IMG/VR virus record: IMGVR_UViG_2974611114_000001
Span: 1 to 64,000 of that record
DNA: 64,000 bases
Strand: one strand, 5' to 3'
Source of the DNA: a virus
Taxonomy: Duplodnaviria; Caudoviricetes
Below, piece by piece: positions 41,746-50,506 of this stretch. The translations under genes were made by a program, and so were the position numbers. The notes beneath the pieces were generated by a model, which was not told the origin of the DNA, ran no database searches, and saw only the letters and a list, made by a program, of their open reading frames with translations. The first letter of the stretch is position 1. Each line of letters starts with the position of its first letter.

Positions 41746-42736
41746 AGACTCTCCCAACAATCTTAGGAATCACACCACCTGCACGAATAACTCTAATCTG
41801 GCAACCTATTTCCAGATCTAAGGCGTTAATGAACTCAATATTATTTAATGTTGCTTTCTCAATCTTTGCATCATCAATAATAACTGGCTCAAACCAACCT
41901 ACAGGTGTTACTTTACCAGATTTACCAGTTTGCCATTTAACATCTAGTAATGTAGTTACTTCACCCTCTTCATCTTCTTTTTCAGCATATGCGCCTTTTG
42001 GAAATTTATTAGTGAAACCTGCCTGCCAGTATACAGTATTATCATTCTCACGAAATACTGTACCGTCAGTTATGATCTCACCAGAACACGCCATCATCTG
42101 AACTTCTGCTGTAAGTACAGTATCAAAACCTAATCGTTCTAAAAATAACATATCAGATCTAAAATCCTGAGTCAGCCCTTCTGGACGTTCACTACAGTTA
42201 ACACCATACGCTACGAATATTAGACCCCCTTCTTCTTTTCTCTCTAGGAACTCCTCAGAAGATTTTAGGTTAACTGCACCACTAGCATAGTTACGGATAT
42301 TTTCAACTTTCTTAGTTGGTACTACTTCACCACGAATTTGAATAATTTCAGGTAGTTCCCCGTCAAATGCGTAGTATAAGTTAGGCATTACCAACTTACC
42401 TGCTGTATGGGAACAATCCTTACCCATCTTACCGTTACCACGTGTGGTTGAATATGCGTACTTGCCCTGTAAATATACGTGAGTTACTGCACACCCATCT
42501 AGCTTAGGACTTTCTACAGCATCCTTTAGTACAGGCGATTTATCTCCACGACACGGGTAAAACTTTTGTAAGCTGTATACAGGAAATACTAATTTAATAT
42601 CGCCCTTGCTACCTATTTCTTCTTCTAGCTCTGGGTAATTAGCTACAATAGCATCGTACTCTTCGTTAGAGATTAAAGGATGTCCAGCATAGTAAGCTTC
42701 CTGACATTCCTTAATAAATTGTCTAGTATTACTCAT
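41738..42736 (-). CDS. NAD-dependent DNA ligase subunit A (adenylation + OB domains)
   Basis: AYY, KLDG active site, IRGE, RNYASG, TGKSGKVTPV, RAGGVIP; start at 42736 via TAATG overlap. Confidence 0.95.
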   Translation of the reverse strand: MSNTRQFIKECQEAYYAGHPLISNEEYDAIVANYPELEEEIGSKGDIKLVFPVYSLQKFYPCRGDKSPVLKDAVESPKLDGCAVTHVYLQGKYAYSTTRGNGKMGKDCSHTAGKLVMPNLYYAFDGELPEIIQIRGEVVPTKKVENIRNYASGAVNLKSSEEFLERKEEGGLIFVAYGVNCSERPEGLTQDFRSDMLFLERLGFDTVLTAEVQMMACSGEIITDGTVFRENDNTVYWQAGFTNKFPKGAYAEKEDEEGEVTTLLDVKWQTGKSGKVTPVGWFEPVIIDDAKIEKATLNNIEFINALDLEIGCQIRVIRAGGVIPKIVGRVYD

Positions 42737-43368
42737 TAATACCATTCTCCTTTGCCAACTTTGAATACTTGAAATACTGTTTCTGCCTCTGATACACCAT
42801 GGCATATTAACATATCACACAAATTATCCGCCCAACCATCATGTAGCATATTGAATACTGGGATATTATAAGACATAGCTACTGATACTGCTGTTGCTGT
42901 TCCACCTTTAGCCATGCCAAACTTATCTTCCGGAGCCCAGTATACTACAAAATCAGTAGGATCATCTAAATTATATCCTAGAACCTGTTGCATGTTCCTA
43001 CAGTGAGCATCCAATGCAAAACCATCCAACGTGTCACCGTATTTATGGTGTACATATACTAATGTTTCTAGTTCTTCCCTTAATAGACCATGTTTAGGCA
43101 CTACTTGACATAGTTCTGGGTCACCAAATTTTGCACCAAAATTAGGATTAGGAAGAAATATCTCGGCACATTCTTTATAAGGTAAGGCTGAATGTGGAGT
43201 TCTGCTACCTGTACTTGCCCCCTGTTGAAAAGCATAGTCCATTCCCTCAGCCCTTCCACTGCGTAGCTTTAATCCTAGAATAGTGTTTAATAAATATGCT
43301 AGGTATCGTGCTTCTCTTTGTTTATGTAAAGGAGCTTTACGACTTCCTATACCTGTGTATACTTTCAT
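42736..43368 (-). CDS. SLOG/DprA-like Rossmann-fold protein
   Basis: YTGIGSR, LRSGRAEGMD, RN, GGTATAV...IPVFN motifs. Confidence 0.75.
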   Translation of the reverse strand: MKVYTGIGSRKAPLHKQREARYLAYLLNTILGLKLRSGRAEGMDYAFQQGASTGSRTPHSALPYKECAEIFLPNPNFGAKFGDPELCQVVPKHGLLREELETLVYVHHKYGDTLDGFALDAHCRNMQQVLGYNLDDPTDFVVYWAPEDKFGMAKGGTATAVSVAMSYNIPVFNMLHDGWADNLCDMLICHGVSEAETVFQVFKVGKGEWY

Positions 43369-43397
43369 ATAATTACTCCCAATCTATTTATAAAATA

Positions 43398-43426
43398 ATT
43401 ATATCAAAATATTTAGTAAACGTCAA
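43398..43426 (-). promoter_or_regulatory. sigma70-type promoter
   Basis: TTGACG-17-TATAAT. Confidence 0.75.
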
Positions 43427-43447
43427 GTAAAATAAAAGCCGAAGATG

Positions 43448-43888
43448 CTAATCCTCGGCTTTTTCTACTTCCTTTATTTCAACGTTATCAACGTGCTCTA
43501 ATACCTCTTGTAATAGTTCTGCCTTACTAAGACAAGTGGCTAATGCTTTAAATAACCTAGTTGTAGAGTCTAATGTAAAGGGTATACTGAACCCTCTAGA
43601 GGTCGGTCTCCACACATCTTCTAGATCTAGATACCAGTATCTAATTCCGAAATACGTGTTGCCTAAAAACTCGGATACGGTGAACCTAACTTGTTCACCG
43701 TATTTTTCCCAGAGAATATGATCAATTAGGTCAGTATTTCCACTAATATCCTGAAGAAATTCCCCCTCAGAGTTTAGTTGAGACACGAGCGTTGTTAACG
43801 GCAGTTCCGAGGTGTTCCACTTTAAAGATATGTGATACAGGCAGTACTCGGAATTGATCTTGTGCCCAGTTAAACACAAGAATCTCAT
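43448..43888 (-). CDS. PC4-like ssDNA-binding protein (true start likely downstream, e.g. GTG at 43786)
   Basis: EQVRFTVSEFLGNTYFGIRYW...PTSRGFS matches the PC4 fold of the T5 homolog. Confidence 0.75.
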   Translation of the reverse strand: MRFLCLTGHKINSEYCLYHISLKWNTSELPLTTLVSQLNSEGEFLQDISGNTDLIDHILWEKYGEQVRFTVSEFLGNTYFGIRYWYLDLEDVWRPTSRGFSIPFTLDSTTRLFKALATCLSKAELLQEVLEHVDNVEIKEVEKAED

Positions 43889-44102
43889 CTTCCCCCACTT
43901 TCATAGGTTTGCTAGTAGCTAGCTTATGAGCTACGTAAGGGGTTGAGAAATCAGTAGTACAAGCAAAGTGCGTAGTACCTTTAGCCTTGATTTTTCGATA
44001 GAAAACAAAAGCATCACCAAATTTAGTTAGTGCTTCTAAGATTTTCTCTTTCTTATTGGCTTCCGACTTCTCAAAACGGATTACTGGATTAATCATATAC
44101 AA
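43767..44102 (-). CDS. conserved T5-like hypothetical protein
   Basis: YRKIKAKGT...CTTDF motif; synteny. Confidence 0.7.
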   Translation of the reverse strand: MYMINPVIRFEKSEANKKEKILEALTKFGDAFVFYRKIKAKGTTHFACTTDFSTPYVAHKLATSKPMKVGEDEILVFNWAQDQFRVLPVSHIFKVEHLGTAVNNARVSTKL

Positions 44103-44116
44103 CTCTCCCTAGTTAA

Positions 44117-44563
44117 TTATGCAACATTTACTGTATTTAATACATCAGCTAAGTGCTGAGCAAATTTACCAGTTAATTTTTCAAACTGATCCATCTCAAG
44201 AGATGCTTCGTCGATACCTAATTTTCCAGTTAATACTGAGATTAACGCTGCCTGTGCTTCTGCCTTAGAAGTACGACCGCCCCCTTTAGATGTGGAAGCT
44301 GTTTTAGCAGTCTTTTTAGCCCCTTCTGGTTTCTTGAAGTAGCGACCAGCTTTTGCTAACTTCATACGAGCGCCTGCTACTGTTGCATCAGTGCCTTCAA
44401 CTGCCTCTGCTAGAGCTTCTGTAGTATACTTACCTTTCAGCTCATCATCAGTCGATTCATCGCTTGGGTTATTTTCACGGTGTGTTGCTACCATAGCCTC
44501 TAATGCTTCATCGTATTTATCAGCGATCATTGCAAAAGCTTCATCAGTCCATTCAAATGCCAT
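44117..44563 (-). CDS. D3-like DNA-binding protein
   Basis: WT start, GARMKLAKAGRY, GGRTSK, KLTGK. Confidence 0.8.
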   Translation of the reverse strand: MAFEWTDEAFAMIADKYDEALEAMVATHRENNPSDESTDDELKGKYTTEALAEAVEGTDATVAGARMKLAKAGRYFKKPEGAKKTAKTASTSKGGGRTSKAEAQAALISVLTGKLGIDEASLEMDQFEKLTGKFAQHLADVLNTVNVA

Positions 44564-44599
44564 AATTTTTATATCCTCTTTTGTTTAATTGATATGAAT

Positions 44600-44628
44600 A
44601 TTATATCTAATATTTAGTGAGTTGGCAA
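44600..44628 (-). promoter_or_regulatory. sigma70-type promoter
   Basis: TTGCCA-17-TATAAT. Confidence 0.75.
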
Positions 44629-44636
44629 ATACAATT

Positions 44637-44891
44637 TTAAATTAAGACCCAGTCTTGTGAACGTAGGTCTAATTCATAGATTGATTTGCGTGGTGTGGTT
44701 TTTGGAACATCCAGTAAAAGTGTTTCAGTATACGTTCCGTCAGGGTACACGGTGGTGTATACCCCTAGAACGTCTCCTTGGGAGTCTGGTCTAGCTACCT
44801 CTACACGGCTATTATTCTTTTCTGCTAATTTAATAGCAAATAATAGGCTTACTTTCTTAATCACTAAGCTACTTCCTTTTCTTATCATCAT
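44637..44891 (-). CDS. hypothetical protein
   Basis: ORF in operon orientation overlapping the D2 stop. Confidence 0.6.
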   Translation of the reverse strand: MMIRKGSSLVIKKVSLLFAIKLAEKNNSRVEVARPDSQGDVLGVYTTVYPDGTYTETLLLDVPKTTPRKSIYELDLRSQDWVLI

Positions 44892-45588
44892 TTGCTTGTT
44901 TCTTAGCTTTCTCTAGTGCTGAGCTAAGAAGAGGATACGCGTCTTCTTTTGTCCACTTAAAACCTACTTTTGCTTGGTCAATCCCAAACTTATGTAGATG
45001 TTTTAAACTTCCTAAGTTCCATGAGTTTTGATGAACGTACTGTTGAGTTCCCTCATCTAGAAGATAAACGCGATAAACATCATCATTAATCTTCTTCATG
45101 ATCTCCCCAAAGCATTGGTATGCGGATACCCATACTTTTTCACCAACTTCGAACTCGAAAGACATAGCCGCCTCTGGAACTAGTGGAGGATTAAGCTCAA
45201 AAGGCTTATCTGGCGGAGCCGATTGAGCCGATCTAAGGTCTGCTCCTACGCTCTCCAAAAACTCTTTAACTTTACTAGAAGATCTATATACTGCACTTGC
45301 AATCTCAGCCAATGATTGACCATTAAGACTACGTTCAATAATATCTGTAGCCTCTACTCCCTCAATCGGCTTTCCGCGTTTCTGGGCACGCATACGCTTA
45401 TCAAGTTCTTTATTAGCCTGCCACTCCTCAATCAGTTTTTCCATTTGAGGATTGGAACTAACTTTGACACCGGATCTACCTAAAATATCTCTCGCACCTA
45501 CTTTTGTACCACCATTCTCTAGCCATTCAATAGCTTCTTTAAACAGAGAATCTGGAATCATATGTGCGTGTTTTCTTGATCTAGCCAT
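44869..45588 (-). CDS. D2-like protein
   Basis: WLENGGTK, HTH YRSS, C-terminal SH3-like GEKVWV; synteny. Confidence 0.8.
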   Translation of the reverse strand: MARSRKHAHMIPDSLFKEAIEWLENGGTKVGARDILGRSGVKVSSNPQMEKLIEEWQANKELDKRMRAQKRGKPIEGVEATDIIERSLNGQSLAEIASAVYRSSSKVKEFLESVGADLRSAQSAPPDKPFELNPPLVPEAAMSFEFEVGEKVWVSAYQCFGEIMKKINDDVYRVYLLDEGTQQYVHQNSWNLGSLKHLHKFGIDQAKVGFKWTKEDAYPLLSSALEKAKKQANDDKKRK

Positions 45589-45925
45589 TAACTGACTCTC
45601 CATCAACAACGGATTTAACATAGTTCACTATTGTATCGCAGTGACACCTTTTCTTTGGTTTGCAGAAACATCCAAGAACTATATGCTTTCCATTAGAGTT
45701 TCTGTAGTCCTCTATAATAGTATTTACTGCCATAGCAAACTCAGGGTCTAACTCTAATGATCTAAAGAAGTAGTTCTCATATTCGTCGCATACTCTATCT
45801 CTATCTAAAGAATGCTCCATATGAAAAGGATTACCTAACACTGATAAATCCTTACCTACTCCTGCATAATAGTTGGGTCTGCCACAATAGTGAGTACATT
45901 GTCTAGCTAACCCTGCAAATATCAT
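45581..45925 (-). CDS. DUF4326-like protein
   Basis: YCGRP...LGNPF...RDRVCDEY...LGCFCKP..CHCD. Confidence 0.8.
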   Translation of the reverse strand: MIFAGLARQCTHYCGRPNYYAGVGKDLSVLGNPFHMEHSLDRDRVCDEYENYFFRSLELDPEFAMAVNTIIEDYRNSNGKHIVLGCFCKPKKRCHCDTIVNYVKSVVDGESVNG

Positions 45926-45956
45926 TTAATTTATTCCTTATTCAGAATTTAAATAT

Positions 45957-45985
45957 ATTATATTACTTTATAAGGATCTTTGCAA
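45957..45985 (-). promoter_or_regulatory. sigma70-type promoter
   Basis: TTGCAA-17-TATAAT. Confidence 0.72.
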
Positions 45986-46206
45986 ATAGAATTTTCATGT
46001 ATTTCCGATAGTTCTTTATACCGCTTCTCTAGAACTAATGTTATCATCTTCTGCAATCTGACTGTTCTTCTATGCTCTAACCAAGATATGGGGTCAGGTA
46101 GTAACATCAAGGCTGGTGGAACGACCCTACAGATAGGTCGTTCATCTCTTTCCTCGACGTATTTCTTGGCTGGTGGCTTAGCATATACTTTCTTCCATCT
46201 ACCCAT
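45958..46206 (-). CDS. hypothetical protein
   Basis: Overlaps the obp stop; synteny with T5-like phages. Confidence 0.6.
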   Translation of the reverse strand: MGRWKKVYAKPPAKKYVEERDERPICRVVPPALMLLPDPISWLEHRRTVRLQKMITLVLEKRYKELSEIHENSICKDPYKVI

Positions 46207-48976
46207 CTCCAAGCTCCAAATCAGCAATACCCTCATAGTACTTCTGCTTCTCTTCGATAGTCATAAATGCTACAGGTAACTGGATACCTTCTATTCTGCA
46301 GTACGTTCTGTACCAGTCTACAATATTAGTAGTATCCATATCTTTACCGATACCCATCATTGTTAAGTACATTCTAGCATATTTAGGAGATGCACTATTA
46401 CCAGTTCTAATAAAGAATTCCCTTTTATGGGATTTCATAGCCTCTACGAATGGGACTATTGTCTTTTCAGAACACCTAGTAATTGGCTCCCAGAAAATGT
46501 CTTGAACCTTATGGAAGAACCCAGCTCGTTCGTGTGGCTTTTCAGTAACGTATTGTTCTACTAATTCTCTGGTTAGCTCATTGATGTTGTCCAACTTATA
46601 GTACTGTAATAGTAACATCTTTTCAGAATACGCATCATTATGTCGTAATGGTGTGTAATCAGGAGTAGAAGACATAATAGCATCCACACGTTGATTAAAG
46701 TACTCAGTACTAGCGCTCTCTATACCTCCCCAGCTTTCCGTAAATATATCAATAGTTGCACCTTGATCTAATAAATAGAATCTTAACGTTGATTGATAGT
46801 TTTTACTCTCTATCTCCCTACGTCTGGCGTATAGCTGTTGACTTCTATCAATCCATCCCTCATCAGCATTATATTGCTCAGAACCTGCAACAAATCCAGC
46901 AACACCAGGATTAGTATACATATAGATTGACATTGCACCACGATCTCGCCTGATAGCTTGCATTCTCATGTTTGGTGAGTGATTGGCTGTATTAGTTATT
47001 ACAAATACGTTATCAAAGTAATTAAAGTCAACACCACTAGTTACCGATGGACTACATAATAGGGCATCAATCCCCTGATCAATTAACTCTTGGTTAGTTA
47101 AATCTAGGATTCTTCTAATATCGGGATCCTCTGTAGATGAGGAGTGGACTTCTTTAACATTCGCCCCTGTTGCCGCTCGTAGGGCTATGCCCTTTTCGGC
47201 TAACTGGGCGGGACCGGAGTCTGATACTAATATTGACTTCTCACCCATCTCTAGAGATGTTTGCAGAGCTGTCCATATAGACTTTTCGTCAGGAAACTCA
47301 TATACTTGAGCACCCTCCAGCATTCTTCTATGGTGATTGTAATAATAAATAGGTTTGGCGAAGCCAATTAGAGCACCATAAGCCTCAATCGTTTCTGCAC
47401 TAATATCACCATCCGATAGAACAACATAGTCTGCTGCCAGTAGTAGTTCTCGTAACGTTTCGATGCATGCCCTACGTTGCTTTACGACCGGCGCAAATAA
47501 TAGGTCATTCATAACAGCGTCTGCTTCATCAATAAACACGAAGTTAACTCTATCGGTGAATGTTGCGAACTTATGTATGGAATGAATAGTAGTTGACATT
47601 CTATCAATACCACCACGTTTAAAGTTTAGCATGTCTGCCGTCTTACAATATTGACCTGCACCGAATTTAGCTGCGTTAGATGCTACCAGTGAACGGGTGT
47701 TCGTTACTGCTAGGAACCCCCCTTTAACTAACCCCTTATTAAGCCAATTAATAATTGCAGTTGTCTTACCAGTACCTAAAGATGCTTTAACGAATGTCAT
47801 ACTATTAGGTGGCGGGATTTCCCGAAGTTTTAAGTACTTTTCCGCCTCGTTGCTATCAGTTTTCAGGGCGTACAAAGGCACTCCCTTTAGATTACCTTCA
47901 GGGATTTTTCTAGCTGAATTGTTAACGAATGCTTTTAATGCTTGACGTCTACCATTATTAAAGTAATCTTGAACAGAACGTCTGTTATCTTTAGTACTTA
48001 CATACTCCTCAAGATATGGACGAATTTCTCTCTCTAGCCAAGCTAGATCAACGCCCTCTTCTAATGCTCTATGGTAGAGTTTAGGAATAATACGAAGATA
48101 TACACCATCTTCTGCTTCTTCAAGCTCTCTGATAGTATCCTCTATTTTTTCTGATGTAGATTTTTTTCCTTTAATAGAATCTAATAATGACAAAAATTCC
48201 TCTTTAAATTCACCACGAGTTGACTCATAGTCTGGTGCATTATGTGGAAGATTAATCTTCGAACCCTCAACACGCACCAATCTTGGAATTCTACGTTCTA
48301 GGAAAGGATCTACCATGCCATCCTCAAAGATAGGATCAGCGAAGTAATGTGGTTGTACTGCTGAATAGTACGCTAAGTCAATAAGGTCGGAACCATACTT
48401 TTGGCGTGACGATTCGTTGACAGTCGAAAATATAAACTTCAACTGCCCTTGTGTAACTGGAATATTGCTTTCTAGAATTAAGTGAATACGAATCCCTGGC
48501 TTTATGCCAGCAGAAGATGATGCATGAACAATAAAGCCTGCATCCAATGGAAACATATCCTCACTTATATTATTAAGCATCTTTATAGCAAACTTTGCTT
48601 GACCTACCAAATCGAAATGATCAATATCTTCAGGCAAGGGGAAGTCGTCCACGTCAATAGCTACTACATGGCTTCGCTCTGTTAAATCAAAGTTTACTCT
48701 ACGTCTATAAATAGCATTCTTAGAACCAGTACATTTACCGCGAACGGCTAATAGGTACGGATTCCTAGTGAGGGTGTGTAAAAGATCCTCCATCTCGACT
48801 AAGTCTTCTGGATATACCTCATCAACAACATTATACTGAATAGCCATAGATGCTGGCTTGCCTTCTGGATGTTCTTTATTGAATCGTTTACAGAATACTA
48901 AATCTGTATCCTTTTCATACTCACCAGTGGCTTTATTCAGACGATAGCCCTCATGTCCCTTTAAAATAGTGAACAT
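46199..48976 (-). CDS. replication origin-binding protein (UL9-like SF2 helicase with N-terminal primase-like domain)
   Basis: KASLGTGKT, FIDEADA, SPSVTSGVDF, QAIRR; N-terminal IDVD and SSS..GIRIH. Confidence 0.85.
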   Translation of the reverse strand: MFTILKGHEGYRLNKATGEYEKDTDLVFCKRFNKEHPEGKPASMAIQYNVVDEVYPEDLVEMEDLLHTLTRNPYLLAVRGKCTGSKNAIYRRRVNFDLTERSHVVAIDVDDFPLPEDIDHFDLVGQAKFAIKMLNNISEDMFPLDAGFIVHASSSAGIKPGIRIHLILESNIPVTQGQLKFIFSTVNESSRQKYGSDLIDLAYYSAVQPHYFADPIFEDGMVDPFLERRIPRLVRVEGSKINLPHNAPDYESTRGEFKEEFLSLLDSIKGKKSTSEKIEDTIRELEEAEDGVYLRIIPKLYHRALEEGVDLAWLEREIRPYLEEYVSTKDNRRSVQDYFNNGRRQALKAFVNNSARKIPEGNLKGVPLYALKTDSNEAEKYLKLREIPPPNSMTFVKASLGTGKTTAIINWLNKGLVKGGFLAVTNTRSLVASNAAKFGAGQYCKTADMLNFKRGGIDRMSTTIHSIHKFATFTDRVNFVFIDEADAVMNDLLFAPVVKQRRACIETLRELLLAADYVVLSDGDISAETIEAYGALIGFAKPIYYYNHHRRMLEGAQVYEFPDEKSIWTALQTSLEMGEKSILVSDSGPAQLAEKGIALRAATGANVKEVHSSSTEDPDIRRILDLTNQELIDQGIDALLCSPSVTSGVDFNYFDNVFVITNTANHSPNMRMQAIRRDRGAMSIYMYTNPGVAGFVAGSEQYNADEGWIDRSQQLYARRREIESKNYQSTLRFYLLDQGATIDIFTESWGGIESASTEYFNQRVDAIMSSTPDYTPLRHNDAYSEKMLLLQYYKLDNINELTRELVEQYVTEKPHERAGFFHKVQDIFWEPITRCSEKTIVPFVEAMKSHKREFFIRTGNSASPKYARMYLTMMGIGKDMDTTNIVDWYRTYCRIEGIQLPVAFMTIEEKQKYYEGIADLELGDG

Positions 48977-49012
48977 GCTACTATAACTCCTTTGTTATAA
49001 ATTTTAGATACA

Positions 49013-49042
49013 ATTATACTATATAGAATTACCACTTGTCAA
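49013..49042 (-). promoter_or_regulatory. promoter for the origin-binding protein gene
   Basis: TTGACA-18-TATAAT. Confidence 0.7.
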
Positions 49043-49049
49043 TTGCATT

Positions 49050-49738
49050 TTTCACGGCTAAGGCTTCCGGTGGCACAAGTGCTCGGGTTCCCCTTATCTT
49101 ACTCCTGCAACTTCTAGTTAATAATAAACAGATTCCATAACTACCTCTTACGCCATTGTGCTAGGGAGAGTGTTCCACGTAAGCCCCATCGTTGCATCGA
49201 TTCTTTAAGTTTCATTATGTTCACTGCTAGTACAGACGTTTTCTCAAAATAGAGAATTACTCCGAAGCTATAAACTTATATCACCATTCATTGTATTACT
49301 TCAAAACCATAATGCGGCAAGGTTACGAATGCTAACAGCCAGTTGAATCATAATAACCGCCCCACGATATCAGATAACCCGCTAAGGCATACGTGGCTCG
49401 GGACCCCTTTCCTCCGAGGAGGCATTAAGCGCCGTAGTTACTAAGTTCAATATCCGACTTTTTTCAGGCTCGAGGCAGTAGGGCATACATCTCTGATTAA
49501 GGCATCGAATGCCATATGTACCGCACGCGGGATCACACCGCACCTACTCTGTTAGCTTTGAATTGTCATAATACGAATAATGTTACAGGTTCATAGTCAT
49601 CGGAGACAAAAGTCTCCGACTAAGGCAGAAATCTACCTCAATATAATAAGAGACCCAACGAACCGTACTCTATCGAGTATCTCTAAGGGCACTCTAGGAA
49701 TACCCTTAGAGATCGGGGATCCCTCCCCTCACTCGATA
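49050..49738 (-). ncRNA. putative large structured non-coding RNA / replication-origin element
   Basis: No ORF of 60 aa or more; begins right after a perfect promoter; many helices including long-range ones; internal repeated module. Confidence 0.55.
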
Positions 49739-49743
49739 TAAAT

Positions 49744-49772
49744 ATTATATCAAATATTTAAAAATTTGTCAA
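49744..49772 (-). promoter_or_regulatory. perfect sigma70 promoter firing into the ORF-free structured region
   Basis: TTGACA-17-TATAAT with extended -10 TG. Confidence 0.85.
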
Positions 49773-49796
49773 GAATACTTTATAAAATCGCATCGA

Positions 49797-50435
49797 CTAA
49801 CGGCGTACAACACGTAATGTACCGATTAGACCATTATCAATAGCAAACCCAAGAATCTCATCCAACGTCGAATCTTTAAGCTCAACATGGAATGCACTAG
49901 AATTTGCGCTACTGATGCAAATACCTACCATTTCTTTATAGAGATCAGAATCCTCCCCGTAAGTCTCCGATACATAATCAAGGGCATTCAAAAGCACTTC
50001 ATTTTTAAAACGTCGCATTGCTGGGCAATCTTCATTAGTAAGACCCGCTAATAGGTTACGACCAACAATGTTTAAGAGATTTTCATCTCCTAGCACTTCG
50101 CTAGTGTCGCATTCAACAATGTTACGTAAGGAAAAGTCAATAGATGCCTCATCGTATGCAAGTATATGACCAGTACATGCAAAAATTAACGAGTTGATAA
50201 CCCTAAACCCTGGAGTTAATATCATCTCTACCAGCATATTTGCTAGAATACCGTCCGCCACAAACATACTTTCTGTTAAAGTCTTAGATACTCTAGGGGT
50301 AAATAGCATTGGGTATTCTTTATGGATGCATTTGAGCACGTAAAGCAGATCTACTTTACCAATCCCTGCATCAATCCAGTTGCCATCAGCAACATAACCC
50401 ATCTGTACACTATCAATAATCTTTACTAAGTACAT
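49797..50435 (-). CDS. hypothetical protein
   Basis: 212-aa ORF with GAGG RBS and own promoter. Confidence 0.7.
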   Translation of the reverse strand: MYLVKIIDSVQMGYVADGNWIDAGIGKVDLLYVLKCIHKEYPMLFTPRVSKTLTESMFVADGILANMLVEMILTPGFRVINSLIFACTGHILAYDEASIDFSLRNIVECDTSEVLGDENLLNIVGRNLLAGLTNEDCPAMRRFKNEVLLNALDYVSETYGEDSDLYKEMVGICISSANSSAFHVELKDSTLDEILGFAIDNGLIGTLRVVRR

Positions 50436-50469
50436 ATTAATTTCCTCTATTTGTTAATAATATGGGAAT

Positions 50470-50498
50470 ATTATATCAATATTCCCATGAATAGTCAA
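50470..50498 (-). promoter_or_regulatory. sigma70-type promoter overlapped by an 11-bp inverted repeat
   Basis: TTGACT-17-TATAAT; ATGGGAATATT/AATATTCCCAT. Confidence 0.75.
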
Positions 50499-50506
50499 AT
50501 AAAATT

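Noticed and set aside
40641-42736. Split NAD ligase as a novelty or intron
   Set aside because: A two-gene ligase is the normal state in T5-like phages; the gap holds promoters and no intron motifs
49390-49420. GAGGAAAG motif suggesting RNase P RNA
   Set aside because: The downstream AACCCGAGC is a direct repeat, not the complementary P4 strand; other conserved regions were not found
49585-49670. GUACGGUUC resembling group II intron domain V
   Set aside because: It lies at the 5' end, pairs locally with GAACCUGUA, and there is no interrupted gene or RT ORF
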